Both the position numbers and the translations under genes were made by a program. Shown here piece by piece: positions 33,530 through 52,309 of a stretch of 64,000 nucleotides of DNA. The DNA comes from Octopus vulgaris (taxonomy: Eukaryota). The DNA lies in NCBI GenBank assembly GCA_951406725.2, contig OX597819.1:99262001-99326000 (forward strand), given 5' to 3'. Numbering within the stretch: the stretch's first letter is position 1; each line of letters begins with the position of its first letter. The notes below the pieces were generated by a model. The model was not told where the DNA came from and searched no databases. It saw only the letters and a program-made list of their open reading frames with translations.

Positions 33530-34660
33530 GGAAGATATTAAGGCTAATTAGAAGATAGAGTACTTGAAAAAGAAATATTAACAATATTAAAATTTGTGTA
33601 AAAACGTTATTTGGGTAAAAACGTTATTTAATCTTAAGGCTAATTAGGAGATAGAGTATCTGAAAATATATTAGCAATATTAATATTATATTAGAGTGTG
33701 GGTAAAAAAACGTTATTTAATCTTAAGGCTAATTTGGAGATAGAGTATCTGAAAATATATTAGCAATATTAATATTATATTAGAGTGTGGGTAATATTAA
33801 ACGTTATTTAATTTAATCTTAAGGCTAATTAGAAGACAGAGTATCTGAAAAATTATATATACAATATTAAGCAATATTAACCGTTATTTAATTTAATCTT
33901 AAGGCTAATTAGACGTTATTAATATTAAACGTTATTTAATTTAATCTTAAGGCTAATTAGAAGATAGAGTATCTGAAAATATATTAGCAATATTAATATT
34001 ATATTAGAGTGTGGATAAAAACGTTATTTAATCTTAAGGCTAATCAGGAGATAGAGTATCTGAAAATATATTAGCAATGTTAATATTATATTAGAGTGTG
34101 GGTAATATTAAACGTTATTTAATTTAATCTTAAGGCTAATTAGAAGATAGAGTATCTGAAGAAGTATTAACAATATTAAAACAATATTAAACGTTATTTA
34201 ATTTAATCTTAAGGCTAATTAACAATAATTATTAACAATATTAAACAATATTAAACGTTATTTAATTTAATCCTAAGGCTAATTAACAATAATTATTAAC
34301 AATATTAAACAATATTAAACGTTATTTAATTTAATCCTAAGGCTAATTAACAATAATTATTAACAATATTAAACGTTATTTAATTTAATCCTAAGGCTAA
34401 TTAGACGTTATTAATATTAAACGTTATTTAATTTAATCTTAAGGCTAATTAGAAGATAGAGTATCTGAAAAATTATTAAAACAATATTAAACGTTATTTA
34501 ATTTAATCTTAAGGCTAATTAACAATAATTATTAACAATATTAAACTATATTAAACGTTATTTAATTTAATCCTAAGGCTAATTTGACGGTATCAATATT
34601 AAACGTTATTTAATTTAATCTTAAGGCTAATTAGAAGATAGAGTATCTGGAAAATTATTA
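33530..34660. repeat. AT-rich compound minisatellite in the putative LINE 5' UTR
   Basis: Core AACGTTATTTAA(TTTAA)TC(T/C)TAAGGCTAATT repeated many times with variable spacers. Confidence 0.9.
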
Positions 34661-35293
34661 TATCGAGAACAGTTATTGAAAATGTAAACAAACCAAATGA
34701 CGATCGCAACTTTAACTAAGATGTGGGCCTAAGTGAAAGATAAAATAGAATAATAAATAAAATATGAAATAGATGAAATTGATACTTAATCCAACAATGT
34801 GGTCTGGATAATTTTTTTGGTTTACGGGATTTTTTCGGGAGAGATGCTTCTTTTTTCTTTCTTGCAGGAGATAACTTGATTCAGTTATTTTTGCACCATG
34901 TGCGTTTCGGCGAAAACTATATTAAACGTTATTTAATTTAATCCTAAGGCTAATTTGACGGTATCAATATTAAACGTTATTTAATTTAATCTTAAGGCTA
35001 ATTAGAAGATAGAGTATCTGGAAAATTATTATATCGAGAACAGTTATTGAAAATGTAAACAAACCAAATGACGATCGCAACTTTAACTAAGATGTGGGCC
35101 TAAGTGAAAGATAAAATAGAATAATAAATAAAATATGAAATAGATGAAATTGATACTTAATCCAACAATGTGGTCTGGATAATTTTTTTTTTTTTGGTTT
35201 ACGGGATTTTTTTCGGGAGAGATGCTTCTTTTTTCTTTCTTGCAGGAGATAACTTGATTCAGTTATTTTTGCACCATGTGCGTTTCGGCGAAA
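34545..35293. repeat. ~370-bp direct duplication within the LINE 5' region
   Basis: 34545-34913 is nearly identical to 34914-35293. Confidence 0.9.
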
Positions 35294-35517
35294 ATGAAAA
35301 TTACTGTGTATATGTATATATTTATATATATATTTTTTTAAATATTTTTAACCAGAGTGTTCTAGTGATCTCTATGACTTAGAGTTTTACGTTTTGCAAC
35401 TACAGTGGGTTATTTCGCCGTTCAATGCAGACTTTTTCACAGAGCAAAGGCAATCACGTCTTTCTCTGCTGAAAACGGAACCATATATATATATATGCAT
35501 ATATATATATATATATA

Positions 35518-35575
<58 letters not shown>

Positions 35576-35696
35576 TATATATGCATATATATATATATAT
35601 ATGAATATATATGCATATATATATATATATATATGCATATATATATATATATGCATATATATGCATATATATATATATATATATTCATATATATGC

Positions 35697-35735
<39 letters not shown>

Positions 35736-35747
35736 TATATATATGCA

Positions 35748-35781
<34 letters not shown>

Positions 35782-35787
35782 CATATA

Positions 35788-35847
<60 letters not shown>

Positions 35848-35880
35848 TATATATAAATATATATGCATATATATATATGC

Positions 35881-35912
<32 letters not shown>

Positions 35913-35950
35913 GTATATATATATATATATATGCATATATATATATATGC

Positions 35951-36047
<97 letters not shown>

Positions 36048-36071
36048 TATATATATATACGCATATATATA

Positions 36072-36149
<78 letters not shown>

Positions 36150-36183
36150 TATATATATATATATATGCATATATATATATATA

Positions 36184-36293
<110 letters not shown>

Positions 36294-36302
36294 TATATAT
36301 AT

Positions 36303-36688
36303 ATAAATAAATATATAAGAGAGTGTTCACTATATTGATCACTCTAGCACCAGTTAATCCAAGAGGTTTCAACCACGTATAATATATATGTTTCCCATGA
36401 AAGCCGGTACGACTGTTAGTTCACACGGACAGGGCAAATATAAAAATAACAAAATATACAGATATATCTTGGGACATATATATATATATATACATGATAT
36501 ATATAATGTACATATATATATACATAATCCATTTGTATCCAAGGCTATCTATGATGAATATCCACTCATATCACACGCCAGATATATATAATAACGATAT
36601 ATATATATATCATATATGATATACATCGGACGTATATATATACATATATGCCCCAACCATACAGCGCCATATATATACGGATATATAT

Positions 36689-36761
<73 letters not shown>

Positions 36762-36801
36762 TACTATATATATAATAGTATATATATATATCCACACCAA
36801 G

Positions 36802-36858
<57 letters not shown>

Positions 36859-39800
36859 TTCACAAAATAATATATATATACATGTTCATATATATATATA
36901 TAGCACCAGTTATATATATATATATACACGATATATATATATATGTTTCCCATGAAAGCCGGTACGACTGTTAGTTCACACGGACAGGGCAAATAAAAAA
37001 TAACAAAAATACAGATTATCTTGGGACAATTGTTTCGCTATTAATGAATTAAATGTAATATTACTTACAGTAATCCATTTGTAGCTCTTCAGCCAAGGCT
37101 ATCTTGATGAAATCCACTCAATCACACGCCAGATTTTACCATAACGATAATTACGCGTGCGGTTCAATTGATTACATCGGACGTTATAATTCAAATGCCC
37201 CAACCAACAGCGCGCCAAACTCACGGAAAAAAACAAATACAGCATTTAGAAATAAATGCAGCATAATTATAATTAATTAATAAGGGTGAGAGAATTAGAT
37301 ACTAATTTAATAGTATATTTATTCCACACCAAGTGGCCTAGTGCTACGAGAAAACCTGGATTATTATAATATTTTATAACATATTATAATATTTTCACAA
37401 AATAAATATAAGAGAGTGTTCACTATATTGATCACTCTAGCACCAGTTAATCCAAGAGGTTTCAACCACGAAAAATATATGTTTCCCATGAAAGCCGGTA
37501 CGACTGTTAGTTCACACGGACAGGGCAAATAAAAAATAACAAAAATACAGATTATCTTGGGACAATTGTTTCGCTATTAATGAATTAAATGTAATATTAC
37601 TTACAGTAATCCATTTGTAGCTCTTCAGCCAAGGCTATCTTGATGAAATCCACTCAATCACACGCCAGATTTTACCATAACGATAATTACGCGTGCGGTT
37701 CAATTGATTACATCGGACGTTATAATTCAAATGCCCCAACCAACAGCGCGCCAAACTCTCACGGAAAAACAAATACAGCATTTAGAAATAAATGCAGCAT
37801 AATTATAATTAATTAATAAGGGTGAGAGAATTAGATACTAATTTAATAGTATATTTATTCCACACCAAGTGGCCTAGTGCTACGAGAAACCTGGATTATT
37901 ATAATATTTTATAACATATTATAATATTTTCACAAAATAAATATAAGAGAGTGTTCACTATATTGATCACTCTAGCACCAGTTAATCCAAGAGGTTTCAA
38001 CCACGAAAAATATATGTTTCCCATGAAAGCCGGTACGACTGTTAGTTCACACGGACAGGGCAAATAAAAAATAACAAAAATACAGATTATCTTGGGACAA
38101 TTGTTTCGCTATTAATGAATTAAATGTAATATTACTTACAGTAATCCATTTGTAGCTCTTCAGCCAAGGCTATCTTGATGAAATCCACTCAATCACACGC
38201 CAGATTTTACCATAACGATAATTACGCGTGCGGTTCAATTGATTACATCGGACGTTATAATTCAAATGCCCCAACCAACAGCGCGCCAAACTCTCACGGA
38301 AAAACAAATACAGCATTTAGAAATAAATGCAGCATAATTATAATTAATTAATAAGGGTGAGAGAATTAGATACTAATTTAATAGTATATTTATTCCACAC
38401 CAAGTGGCCTAGTGCTACGAGAAACCTGGATTATTATAATATTTTATAACATATTATAATATTTTCACAAAATAAATATAAGAGAGTGTTCACTATATTG
38501 ATCACTCTAGCACCAGTTAATCCAAGAGGTTTCAACCACGAAAAATATATGTTTCCCATGAAAGCCGGTACGACTGTTAGTTCACACGGACAGGGCAAAT
38601 AAAAAATAACAAAAATACAGATTATCTTGGGACAATTGTTTCGCTATTAATGAATTAAATGTAATATTACTTACAGTAATCCATTTGTAGCTCTTCAGCC
38701 AAGGCTATCTTGATGAAATCCACTCAATCACACGCCAGATTTTACCATAACGATAATTACGCGTGCGGTTCAATTGATTACATCGGACGTTATAATTCAA
38801 ATGCCCCAACCAACAGCGCGCCAAACTCTCACGGAAAAACAAATACAGCATTTAGAAATAAATGCAGCATAATTATAATTAATTAATAAGGGTGAGAGAA
38901 TTAGATACTAATTTAATAGTATATTTATTCCACACCAAGTGGCCTAGTGCTACGAGAAACCTGGATTATTATAATATTTTATAACATATTATAATATTTT
39001 CACAAAATAAATATAAGAGAGTGTTCACTATATTGATCACTCTAGCACCAGTTAATCCAAGAGGTTTCAACCACGAAAAATATATGTTTCCCATGAAAGC
39101 CGGTACGACTGTTAGTTCACACGGACAGGGCAAATAAAAAATAACAAAAATACAGATTATCTTGGGACAATTGTTTCGCTATTAATGAATTAAATGTAAT
39201 ATTACTTACAGTAATCCATTTGTAGCTCTTCAGCCAAGGCTATCTTGATGAAATCCACTCAATCACACGCCAGATTTTACCATAACGATAATTACGCGTG
39301 CGGTTCAATTGATTACATCGGACGTTATAATTCAAATGCCCCAACCAACAGCGCGCCAAACTCTCACGGAAAAACAAATACAGCATTTAGAAATAAATGC
39401 AGCATAATTATAATTAATTAATAAGGGTGAGAGAATTAGATACTAATTTAATAGTATATTTATTCCACACCAAGTGGCCTAGTGCTACGAGAAACCTGGA
39501 TTATTATAATATTTTATAACATATTATAATATTTTCACAAAATAAATATAAGAGAGTGTTCACTATATTGATCACTCTAGCACCAGTTAATCCAAGAGGT
39601 TTCAACCACGAAAATATATGTTTCCATGAAAGCCGGTACGACTGTTAGTTCACACGGACAGGGCAAATATAAAAAATAACAAAAATACAGATTATCTTGG
39701 GACAATTGTTTCGCTATTAATGAATTAAATGTAATATTACTTACAGTAATCCATTTGTAGCTCTTCAGCCAAGGCTATCTTGATGAAATCCACTCAATCA

Positions 39801-41460
39801 CACGCCAGATTTTACCATAACGATAATTACGCGTGCGGTTCAATTGATTACATCGGACGTTATAATTCAAATGCCCCAACCAACAGCGCGCCAAACTCTC
39901 ACGGAAAAACAAATACAGCATTTAGAAATAAATGCAGCATAATTATAATTAATTAATAAGGGTGAGAGAATTAGATACTAATTTAATAGTATATTTATTC
40001 CACACCAAGTGGCCTAGTGCTACGAGAAACCTGATTATTATAATATTTTATAACATATTATAATATTTTCACAAAATAAATATAAGAGAGTGTTCACTAT
40101 ATTGATCACTCTAGCACCAGTTAATCCAAGAGGTTTCAACCACGAAAAATATATGTTTCCCATGAAAGCCGGTACGACTGTTAGTTCACACGGACAGGGC
40201 AAATAAAAAATAACAAAAATACAGATTATCTTGGGACAATTGTTTCGCTATTAATGAATTAAATGTAATATTACTTACAGTAATCCATTTGTAGCTCTTC
40301 AGCCAAGGCTATCTTGATGAAATCCACTCAATCACACGCCAGATTTTACCATAACGATAATTACGCGTGCGGTTCAATTGATTACATCGGACGTTATAAT
40401 TCAAATGCCCCAACCAACAGCGCGCCAAACTCTCACGGAAAAACAAATACAGCATTTAGAAATAAATGCAGCATAATTATAATTAATTAATAAGGGTGAG
40501 AGAATTAGATACTAATTTAATAGTATATTTATTCCACACCAAGTGGCCTAGTGCTACGAGAAACCTGGATTATTATAATATTTTATAACATATTATAATA
40601 TTTTCACAAAATAAATATAAGAGAGTGTTCACTATATTGATCACTCTAGCACCAGTTAATCCAAGAGGTTTCAACCACGAAAAATATATGTTTCCCATGA
40701 AAGCCGGTACGACTGTTAGTTCACACGGACAGGGCAAATAAAAAATAACAAAAATACAGATTATCTTGGGACAATTGTTTCGCTATTAATGAATTAAATG
40801 TAATATTACTTACAGTAATCCATTTGTAGCTCTTCAGCCAAGGCTATCTTGATGAAATCCACCAATCACACGCCAGATTTTACCATAACGATAATTACGC
40901 GTGCGGTTCAATTGATTACATCGGACGTTATAATTCAAATGCCCCAACCAACAGCGCGCCAAACTCTCACGGAAAAACAAATACAGCATTTAGAAATAAA
41001 TGCAGCATAATTATAATTAATTAATAAGGGTGAGAGAATTAGATACTAATTTAATAGTATATTTATTCCACACCAAGTGGCCTAGTGCTATGAGAAACCT
41101 GGATTATTATAATATTTTATAACATATTATAATATTTTCACAAATAAATATAAGAGAGTGTTCACTATATTGATCACTCTAGCACCAGTTAATCCAAGAG
41201 GTTTCAACCACGAAAAATATATGTTTCCCATGAAAAGCCGGTACGACTGTTAGTTCACACGGACAGGGCAAATAAAAAATAACAAAAATACAGATTATCT
41301 TGGGACAATTGTTTCGCTATTAATGAATTAAATGTAATATTACTTACAGTAATCCATTTGTAGCTCTTCAGCCAAGGCTATCTTGATGAAATCCACTCAA
41401 TCACACGCCAGATTTTACCATAACGATAATCACACGCCAGATTTTACCATAACGATAATT
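36303..41460 (-). repeat. Tandem array of ~9.6 copies of a 535-bp non-coding unit, each intact unit carrying a hammerhead ribozyme (retrozyme / Penelope pseudo-LTR-like)
   Basis: Marker GTTTCCCATGAAAGCCGG recurs at ~36390, 36945, 37481, 38016, 38551, 39086, 39620, 40155, 40690, 41223. Units are nearly identical, have no ORF and are flanked by (TA)n. Confidence 0.95.
37020..37097 (-). ncRNA. Type I hammerhead ribozyme, family A (further copies 37556-37633, 38091-38168, 38626-38703, 39161-39238, 39696-39773, 40230-40307, 40765-40842, 41299-41376)
   Basis: Minus strand reads CUUGG-CUGAAGA-GCUA...(49-nt stem II)...UAGC-GAAAC-AAUU-GUC^-CCAAG. Core is complete, stem I is CUUGG/CCAAG, stem II is GCUA/UAGC plus AUGGAUUA/UAAUUCAU plus UGUAA/UUACA, stem III is palindromic and the triplet is GUC. 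Confidence 0.92.
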
Positions 41461-41508
41461 ACACTCTCTTATATTTATTTTGTGAAAATATTATAATATG
41501 TTATAAAA

Positions 41509-41672
<164 letters not shown>

Positions 41673-41673
41673 T

Positions 41674-45285
<3,612 letters not shown>

Positions 45286-45292
45286 CTATATG

Positions 45293-45323
<31 letters not shown>

Positions 45324-45329
45324 GTATAT

Positions 45330-45380
<51 letters not shown>

Positions 45381-45410
45381 TATATGTATATGTATATGTA
45401 TATATATATG

Positions 45411-45514
<104 letters not shown>

Positions 45515-45827
45515 TATGCATATTTATGTATGTATATACACATATATATGCATATATATGTATGTATATACATGCACCCATGCACACATATACATACTTG
45601 CTCATACATACTCACAGATTTTGCATGCTCATTTAAGAAAAATGTTTATATAGTCATTACAGATATTTTAAGCTCAATGGAGATTATAGTATCGAGGTAA
45701 GCATTAAGAGAAATGTAAAAAGTCATAGCAACAAGCTTCGTATGAATTTTCGTCTTATCAAATGTTTCTCATTGATAAATACATACATTCTTGCATGCAT
45801 ACATACATACATACATACATACATACA

Positions 45828-45864
<37 letters not shown>

Positions 45865-46061
45865 ACGTATCTACAAGCTTAACTAGAAATCACAGGACCA
45901 AAAATGTGACAGCTAATGAAGAATTTACAAGTATGAGTCTTTAATGAGTTCTATGAAATATGTAAAACGTTTCAGTGTAGACAGTATTATGCACATATAA
46001 CTAGGAATAGACATACTAGACATACACATATGACAAAGTGTGCTTTTTCTCATTCACAGCG

Positions 46062-46367
46062 TCATGTTTGTTCCTTCTCGAGCCATGCCTGGCTCATAAG
46101 GGCCGGTTTCCCGGTTTCCTTGGCGTATAGGTTCCCCACCTGGACGGGACGCCAGTCTGTCACAGGGGAGCTGCAAGATGCAGGAGGAAAGAGTGAGAGA
46201 AAGTTGTGGCGAAAGAGTCAGCAGAAGTTCGCCATTACCTTCAGCCGGAGCCGCGTGTAGTTTAGGTGTTTCGCTCATAAACACACACATCGCTCGGTCT
46301 GAGATTCGAACCCGCGATACCTCAACCACGAGTTCGCTGCTTTAACTACTAGGCCATGTGCCTCCAC
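46062..46367 (-). mobile_element. tRNA-derived SINE
   Basis: Head resembles the 15385 family; tail resembles the 9307 family. Confidence 0.8.
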
Positions 46368-47062
46368 AGCGTCACGTACACACACATACACACGCATACA
46401 TAGATGAATGTAATACAAAGGTACGCGAATACACATGTATGTACATACGCATACATGCATATATGCATTCATATATACATGCATATCCATCAAAATGTCT
46501 ATCATTTACAAGCATAGCAGACTTGAAATAGTTATGTAGGTCAGAAAATAAACGTTATGTACTGTAATAGAGATTAGTCGCCTTGTATATGTGAATATCT
46601 CTTTCCAAAATTAGTGAGAAGGAGAATATTTATGGACAACTACTTTGAAACCATTACTCTGATTATAACTATATTTCGTACGAGTTATCATTGGTGCACT
46701 TGGTAATATTATTAAATGTCTTAGCGATAACCTTGGAGGGGATATCATTTTCAGGCAAATACGAATTTTAGACATACAGTCTTGAAAATTAAAAATATGC
46801 AAAACTCTTTAATGTTTGATATGTAAAATTATGGCGGTTGTTATCCAGACTTCAGTGACGGGATTTCTGCTTCTTTGTTAGAAACCATCTTCTTCCTTCT
46901 AATAAGAATTCTAATAAACACACACACACACACACAAATTTATAAATTGAACAAGCTATGCATATGCTGTAGTTTTGATAGTGATGGTATGTCTCGTATT
47001 TCATCGTACTGTTTAGGTCACATCAGGAAACCGAATCTTTTTACAGTTTGCCTAGAAGTAAA

Positions 47063-47430
47063 GGGTAGAAGGAAAAGACCCCCTTCAGTCATGAATAACC
47101 ATGGCATTGCACTTAGAAAGTTATTCTCCGAGGCACTAGTCCAGGAAAGGTTGTTTATGGAAGACCAGCTGTCGCCCATGCATAGCGGTCTTTCCTCTCC
47201 ACTCCACTCCACTGATGTTATGCAAGAGAAAGGCAAAAGCCGATACAGCTTGGCACCACTGACATCGCAACTCGTTTCTACAGCTGAGTGAACTGAGCAA
47301 CATGAAATAAAGTATCATGCTCAAGAATACAACACACAGCCCAGCCCGGTCCGGGAATCGAACTCACTATCTGTGGTTAGAGCGTCGAGATTGTGAACTC
47401 GACGCTCTAGCCACTGAACCATGCGCCTTC
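47063..47430 (-). mobile_element. tRNA-derived SINE
   Basis: Minus strand TGGTTCAGTGG...GTTCGATTCCC head. Confidence 0.7.
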
Positions 47431-47629
47431 ATTAGGGCAAGTAAGTCAGGGGAAATTCTTATATAACTCTCAGAAATAAAATAGTTTAAGGATCTAAAGT
47501 GAAGAGAACGGCCTTATGAAACATAAGGGAACCAAAGGATTTAGTTTCATCCCTCTAAATTTCAAACTAGAATATATTTGGTGTCGATTTTATATTCCAC
47601 TTCTCTGTGTTGTATAAGATATCTGCCAG

Positions 47630-47835
47630 AAATATACGAAGGAGTGGTGAAAATATCCTGGTTTTGGGTAAACAGTCAATTATGATTTTATTCAACATAT
47701 TCCCCTCTCAAATTCACACACATATTGCAGTGGTCCTTCAGTTTTTCTAAGACCTATGAAAGAACTCGGAAGGTTGGGCCTCCAGCCAGGCCTTTCGCGA
47801 CACCCTTAAAGCCAGGAACTATTCATCACCCCCTC
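47630..47835. mobile_element. Possible mariner-derived MITE fragment
   Basis: Begins TATACGAAGG...TGAAAA, resembling a mariner TIR. Family recognition only. Confidence 0.35.
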
Positions 47836-50197
47836 ATACTAAGGAGAACGTTTATTGCCGAGTTCGATATGTATTACACAGACATGTTTATGTGGTTAAG
47901 AAATTCACCTCTTAACTAAGTGGCTCCTAGTTCAGATCCATTGCACAACATATAGGGGAAGTATCTTCTACTATATCCCCGGCTGACATAAGATTCTTGT
48001 AGGATATTTTGTGAGTAAAACTGTGTGGAAGACCGACGATAGAACCGTTACATTTCTCAGGTGGAACACTTAATAGGTTGCTTGTTTTAACATCACCACC
48101 TGGATCACAGGTGCCATTACTCAATTACATGCATTCGGGCCACAACCTCGGTTTGAAGATAACTTCCACCTCACTCTTATCAGTTTTATATGCATTAAAA
48201 CGATAATGGGTACAGGTTTCCATCTTCTCAGTCATATAAACTTAAAGTAAGAAATTAGCTGTTCAAGTTCCGTCAACATCTGAATCATTGACCCATAACG
48301 GCTTAATTTCAACTAGTCAGTGGTCAGTACCATCTGATGGTAAGGAAAGAAAGAAATGTAGAACTGCTGCCTGTGTGCAACCTCGCCATCAACAACTTAC
48401 GGAAACCAAAGAAGGACCTGTTGGAAATAGCAGCTAAATTCTTAATAAACCACACTTTACCATTAAAAATAAGTACACATTGGATATTGTAGCTCTAGGT
48501 ATACTATGTCCAAAATTTCTTTGACATGGATATATTATGTCAAAGGAACGCGTTTGACCATGAGTTGGCTTTTTAGAATGAAGTTAACAGCAACAGCATA
48601 ACCAACATCATCAACGACAACAAAAGCAACAACACTCTGTGCTGGACGATCCAATTATCCCAAACCTTCACCGCAACACGAATTAAGTTTGTACCGGCAA
48701 AAAAGAAATGGATACTTTTATCATATGAAGCACATTTTTTTAATAATTACGGCCAATTGTTATTGATTTTATGGAATTGGCAATAAAGAGTTCAGATTTT
48801 GTTGGATTTTGTAAAGGTAACGTTCATATAAGCAAAGCAAGGAGTATATTCAAGTGCGATTTATCCAGACACTGCGTTCCACTCACTGGGGCCTATATGA
48901 TCCTAGTCTATGAGGCATCTTCACTCGGTCGCTCGATCTGTTAAAATAGCTGTCAAATTACCCTTAAACTACACACTACCGTCTCAAAAAGAGAAGGATA
49001 CATTGCTCAATGTGGTCCTACCTGGATATCATGTCTAAATAAAAGGTCTTTAGTCATAGGTCTATTCATCTTTGACTGACCTGAAGATAAATAGCAACCT
49101 TTATTAAAACAACTAACACGATTAATTTCAGTTGCGGTTGCTGTTTAATTTAAGGCATCCCTTCCGTGACAGTCTCATCTTTTCCCTATGTAATGGGAAC
49201 CCTAGACAATATTATGAACGTGTACTTTTCTTTGGTAGCGAGGGGGTATTTGAGAGGGATTTAGATGTTATTTCTGGCAGGCCTAGAGACTATGTAGAAG
49301 CTTCTTCGTTGGTTCGTTGAATTTACATTAAAAACTAAACATTGGATATTATATACACCAGTTTATAGGAAAAATAAAAGAAATGCCGGCGCACTACAAG
49401 GACTTGAACCATCAATCTATTATCTGCAAGGGCAGTCTAAATTACTGACGCCAATATAGAAGGCCTGACCATTTCATGGTTATTAGATACTGGGCAAAGG
49501 CAGCGAACTGGCAGAATTGTTAGCATCCGACTTTACGTTCTAAGTTCAAATCCCGCAGAGGTCAACTTTGCCTTTCGGGGTAAATAATACTTGTCAAGCA
49601 TTGGAGTCGATGTTATCGATTATCTCCTATCCCGAAATTTCAGGCCTTAGATACTAAGCTCTATCTTTTCTGCTATTTATTTTAGCTGTATTATTAACAG
49701 AGTCGTTAGAGAGTCGAATAGAATGCCTTACGGCATTAGCTTTGACTCACTTCCCTTTCGGAGTACAAATACTGTAGAGGCCAATTTTGCTTTTCATTCT
49801 TTCGAGGTCAATAAATAAAGTACAAATCTAGAGAAGTACTAGGAACTGTATCTGTAGTATCTAATTATAGTTGTGATACTATTAACATCACAGACTATAA
49901 AGTTGTACGTAATGTAAATTACTGATCGCTCCAATGCACAATCAATTTTCTAACAATTCAAGTAATTGCGGCTCTATTTTTCTACTAAACTATAATTGTT
50001 TGACTCAGATCATCCTTGACCAAGCAGACCAAGCGTCCCAGTCGGGAGAATAATAGTATTTTATTGAAACTAAGAAAATATATTGTGAAGTGAAGGAGAA
50101 CTTTGAGCAAATTAAGTGATCACATAGAGATTACCTCTTTGGCAGTCTCTACACGTGTTTTAGAAATATTCCAAAAATGAAAAATCAGTTATCTTAC

Positions 50198-50621
50198 CAC
50201 TGAAGTCGAAGAGTAATTGTCTCTGAAGTAGTGCTGGGTAGACCCAATTGGCAGCGGTATTAGTGGGTGCCATCTGAGGCACGGACCAGGCTGGTAGACA
50301 GGGACCATAGATTGATTTCATTGTGTGCCTTGGTGGAAATTCTGCACCGAATGGAGATACGTCGGGAAGGCTCGAACTTAAAACATTTGAAGCTTCATGT
50401 GGAAAAGAACTAGAACAAAGACCTTTCGAGTTTGTGCAAAGAGTTTTATCTGGTGAAGGAGTAAATCGTTTTTCATCTCGAAGAATATCCTCAATAGAAA
50501 GAACACGTATTGTGTGTTGCATCTGTTGCTGTCCTACTTTACCGTTCTGTTGTTGGGAGCATTTCGTTTCTTCACAAAGTTCTGGGTTCTTTAGATTATT
50601 GTCGTCGTACATATTTCTCGC
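50198..50621 (-). CDS. Coding exon with eh1-like Groucho-binding motif; probable N-terminal exon of a transcription factor (possibly homeobox)
   Basis: Acceptor TTTTTTTCTCTTAAAATCAG| and donor AGTG|GTAAGA; open frame, LSIEDIL motif, S/P/Q-rich. No homeodomain exon seen in this window. Confidence 0.6.
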
Positions 50622-51571
50622 CTGATTTTAAGAGAAAAAAAACAATCGAATGTCAATCATTATACACTTGTATGTATAGACACATAGACATATAGACGCA
50701 CACATGTACATACACAGTAAAGTCAGTAGATCAGACATCAGGTGGATAGTCTAGTTCGTGTTGCAATATATACTCATTCGGGCCACCTGATATTAGATAT
50801 CCTTCTCTCACCGTATGTAAAACGTTTAGGTGTGAAGATGGCAGTGGTATGGAGAAAAGATTAGAGACTCCTGCGGGGAAATTCTCTCTCTTCATCTACA
50901 GGACTTTTACTTGAGAAAAAAACTCATATCCCCAAATCACTCCTATTTCTCTAATGCATCAACATTTCAAAAATAAGTTCGGTTGCTTACACGCAGGAAA
51001 GTGTGGTAAGATATGTAAAAGCATGAAGAAAACCGAACGACTGTAGTATACAGCTATTGCTTGAGATTACAAAACAGATTGCGGGCGCATGCGAAATGTA
51101 CTACAAGGAACATTAACAATCTGGTATTGCTTGCTCTCATATCCTAAAGGCACACTGACACACATACACAGTCGTACATATATATATATGCATATACATA
51201 TATGCATGCGTGTGTATATATATATATATATATATATGACACCTGTTGTTATGTCCTGTTATTATTATTTTTATTGTATTTTGTATTTGTATTTGTGTAA
51301 CATCGTCTGTTTTTCCGTCCTTGTTTTCGTATACATTCGATGCTTTCTTCCAAGGAATCTAATGCTCTTAGCTTAGTTTTTCCTTGGGGCTGGCCAGATT
51401 GGAGCAATCTCAAGATTAATCAGCCGAAATTGCGAGGATCATACGGTTCTCGACTGAGGATAGAAAGCTTCGAATGACACGTCCTTGTTTTTTTGTATCG
51501 TCTATCTGGATGTTTTGTTGTCCCTTTTTGTATCATCTAGTTGTCCGAATGTTTTGCGTTCTTGTCCCATT

Positions 51572-51602
<31 letters not shown>

Positions 51603-51648
51603 CATACACAAATGCATATATATATATATATATATATCCATACACAAA

Positions 51649-51697
<49 letters not shown>

Positions 51698-51702
51698 GCA
51701 TT

Positions 51703-51745
<43 letters not shown>

Positions 51746-51773
51746 GCATTTGTGTATAGATATATATATATAT

Positions 51774-51918
<145 letters not shown>

Positions 51919-52024
51919 CATGACGGTGTCGAGCCTTTCTGGTGACGTCGATGTTCATATATATATATACATATATATATACATATATATATATATACAT
52001 ATATATATACATATATATATATAC

Positions 52025-52071
<47 letters not shown>

Positions 52072-52088
52072 CATATATATATATACAC

Positions 52089-52119
<31 letters not shown>

Positions 52120-52124
52120 CACAC

Positions 52125-52191
<67 letters not shown>

Positions 52192-52200
52192 TATATATAT

Positions 52201-52241
<41 letters not shown>

Positions 52242-52242
52242 T

Positions 52243-52309
<67 letters not shown>

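Noticed and set aside
36303-41460. CRISPR-like array
   Set aside because: Whole units are identical with no unique spacers; eukaryotic context and no cas genes.
49385-49455. tRNA-like sequence on the minus strand
   Set aside because: Has a B box but too degenerate to fold or assign.
51448-51485. CTGAGGA...CGAAT motif (and CTGAAAAG...CGAAA at ~53351-53385)
   Set aside because: Cores are incomplete and stems weak; cannot be supported without a family consensus.
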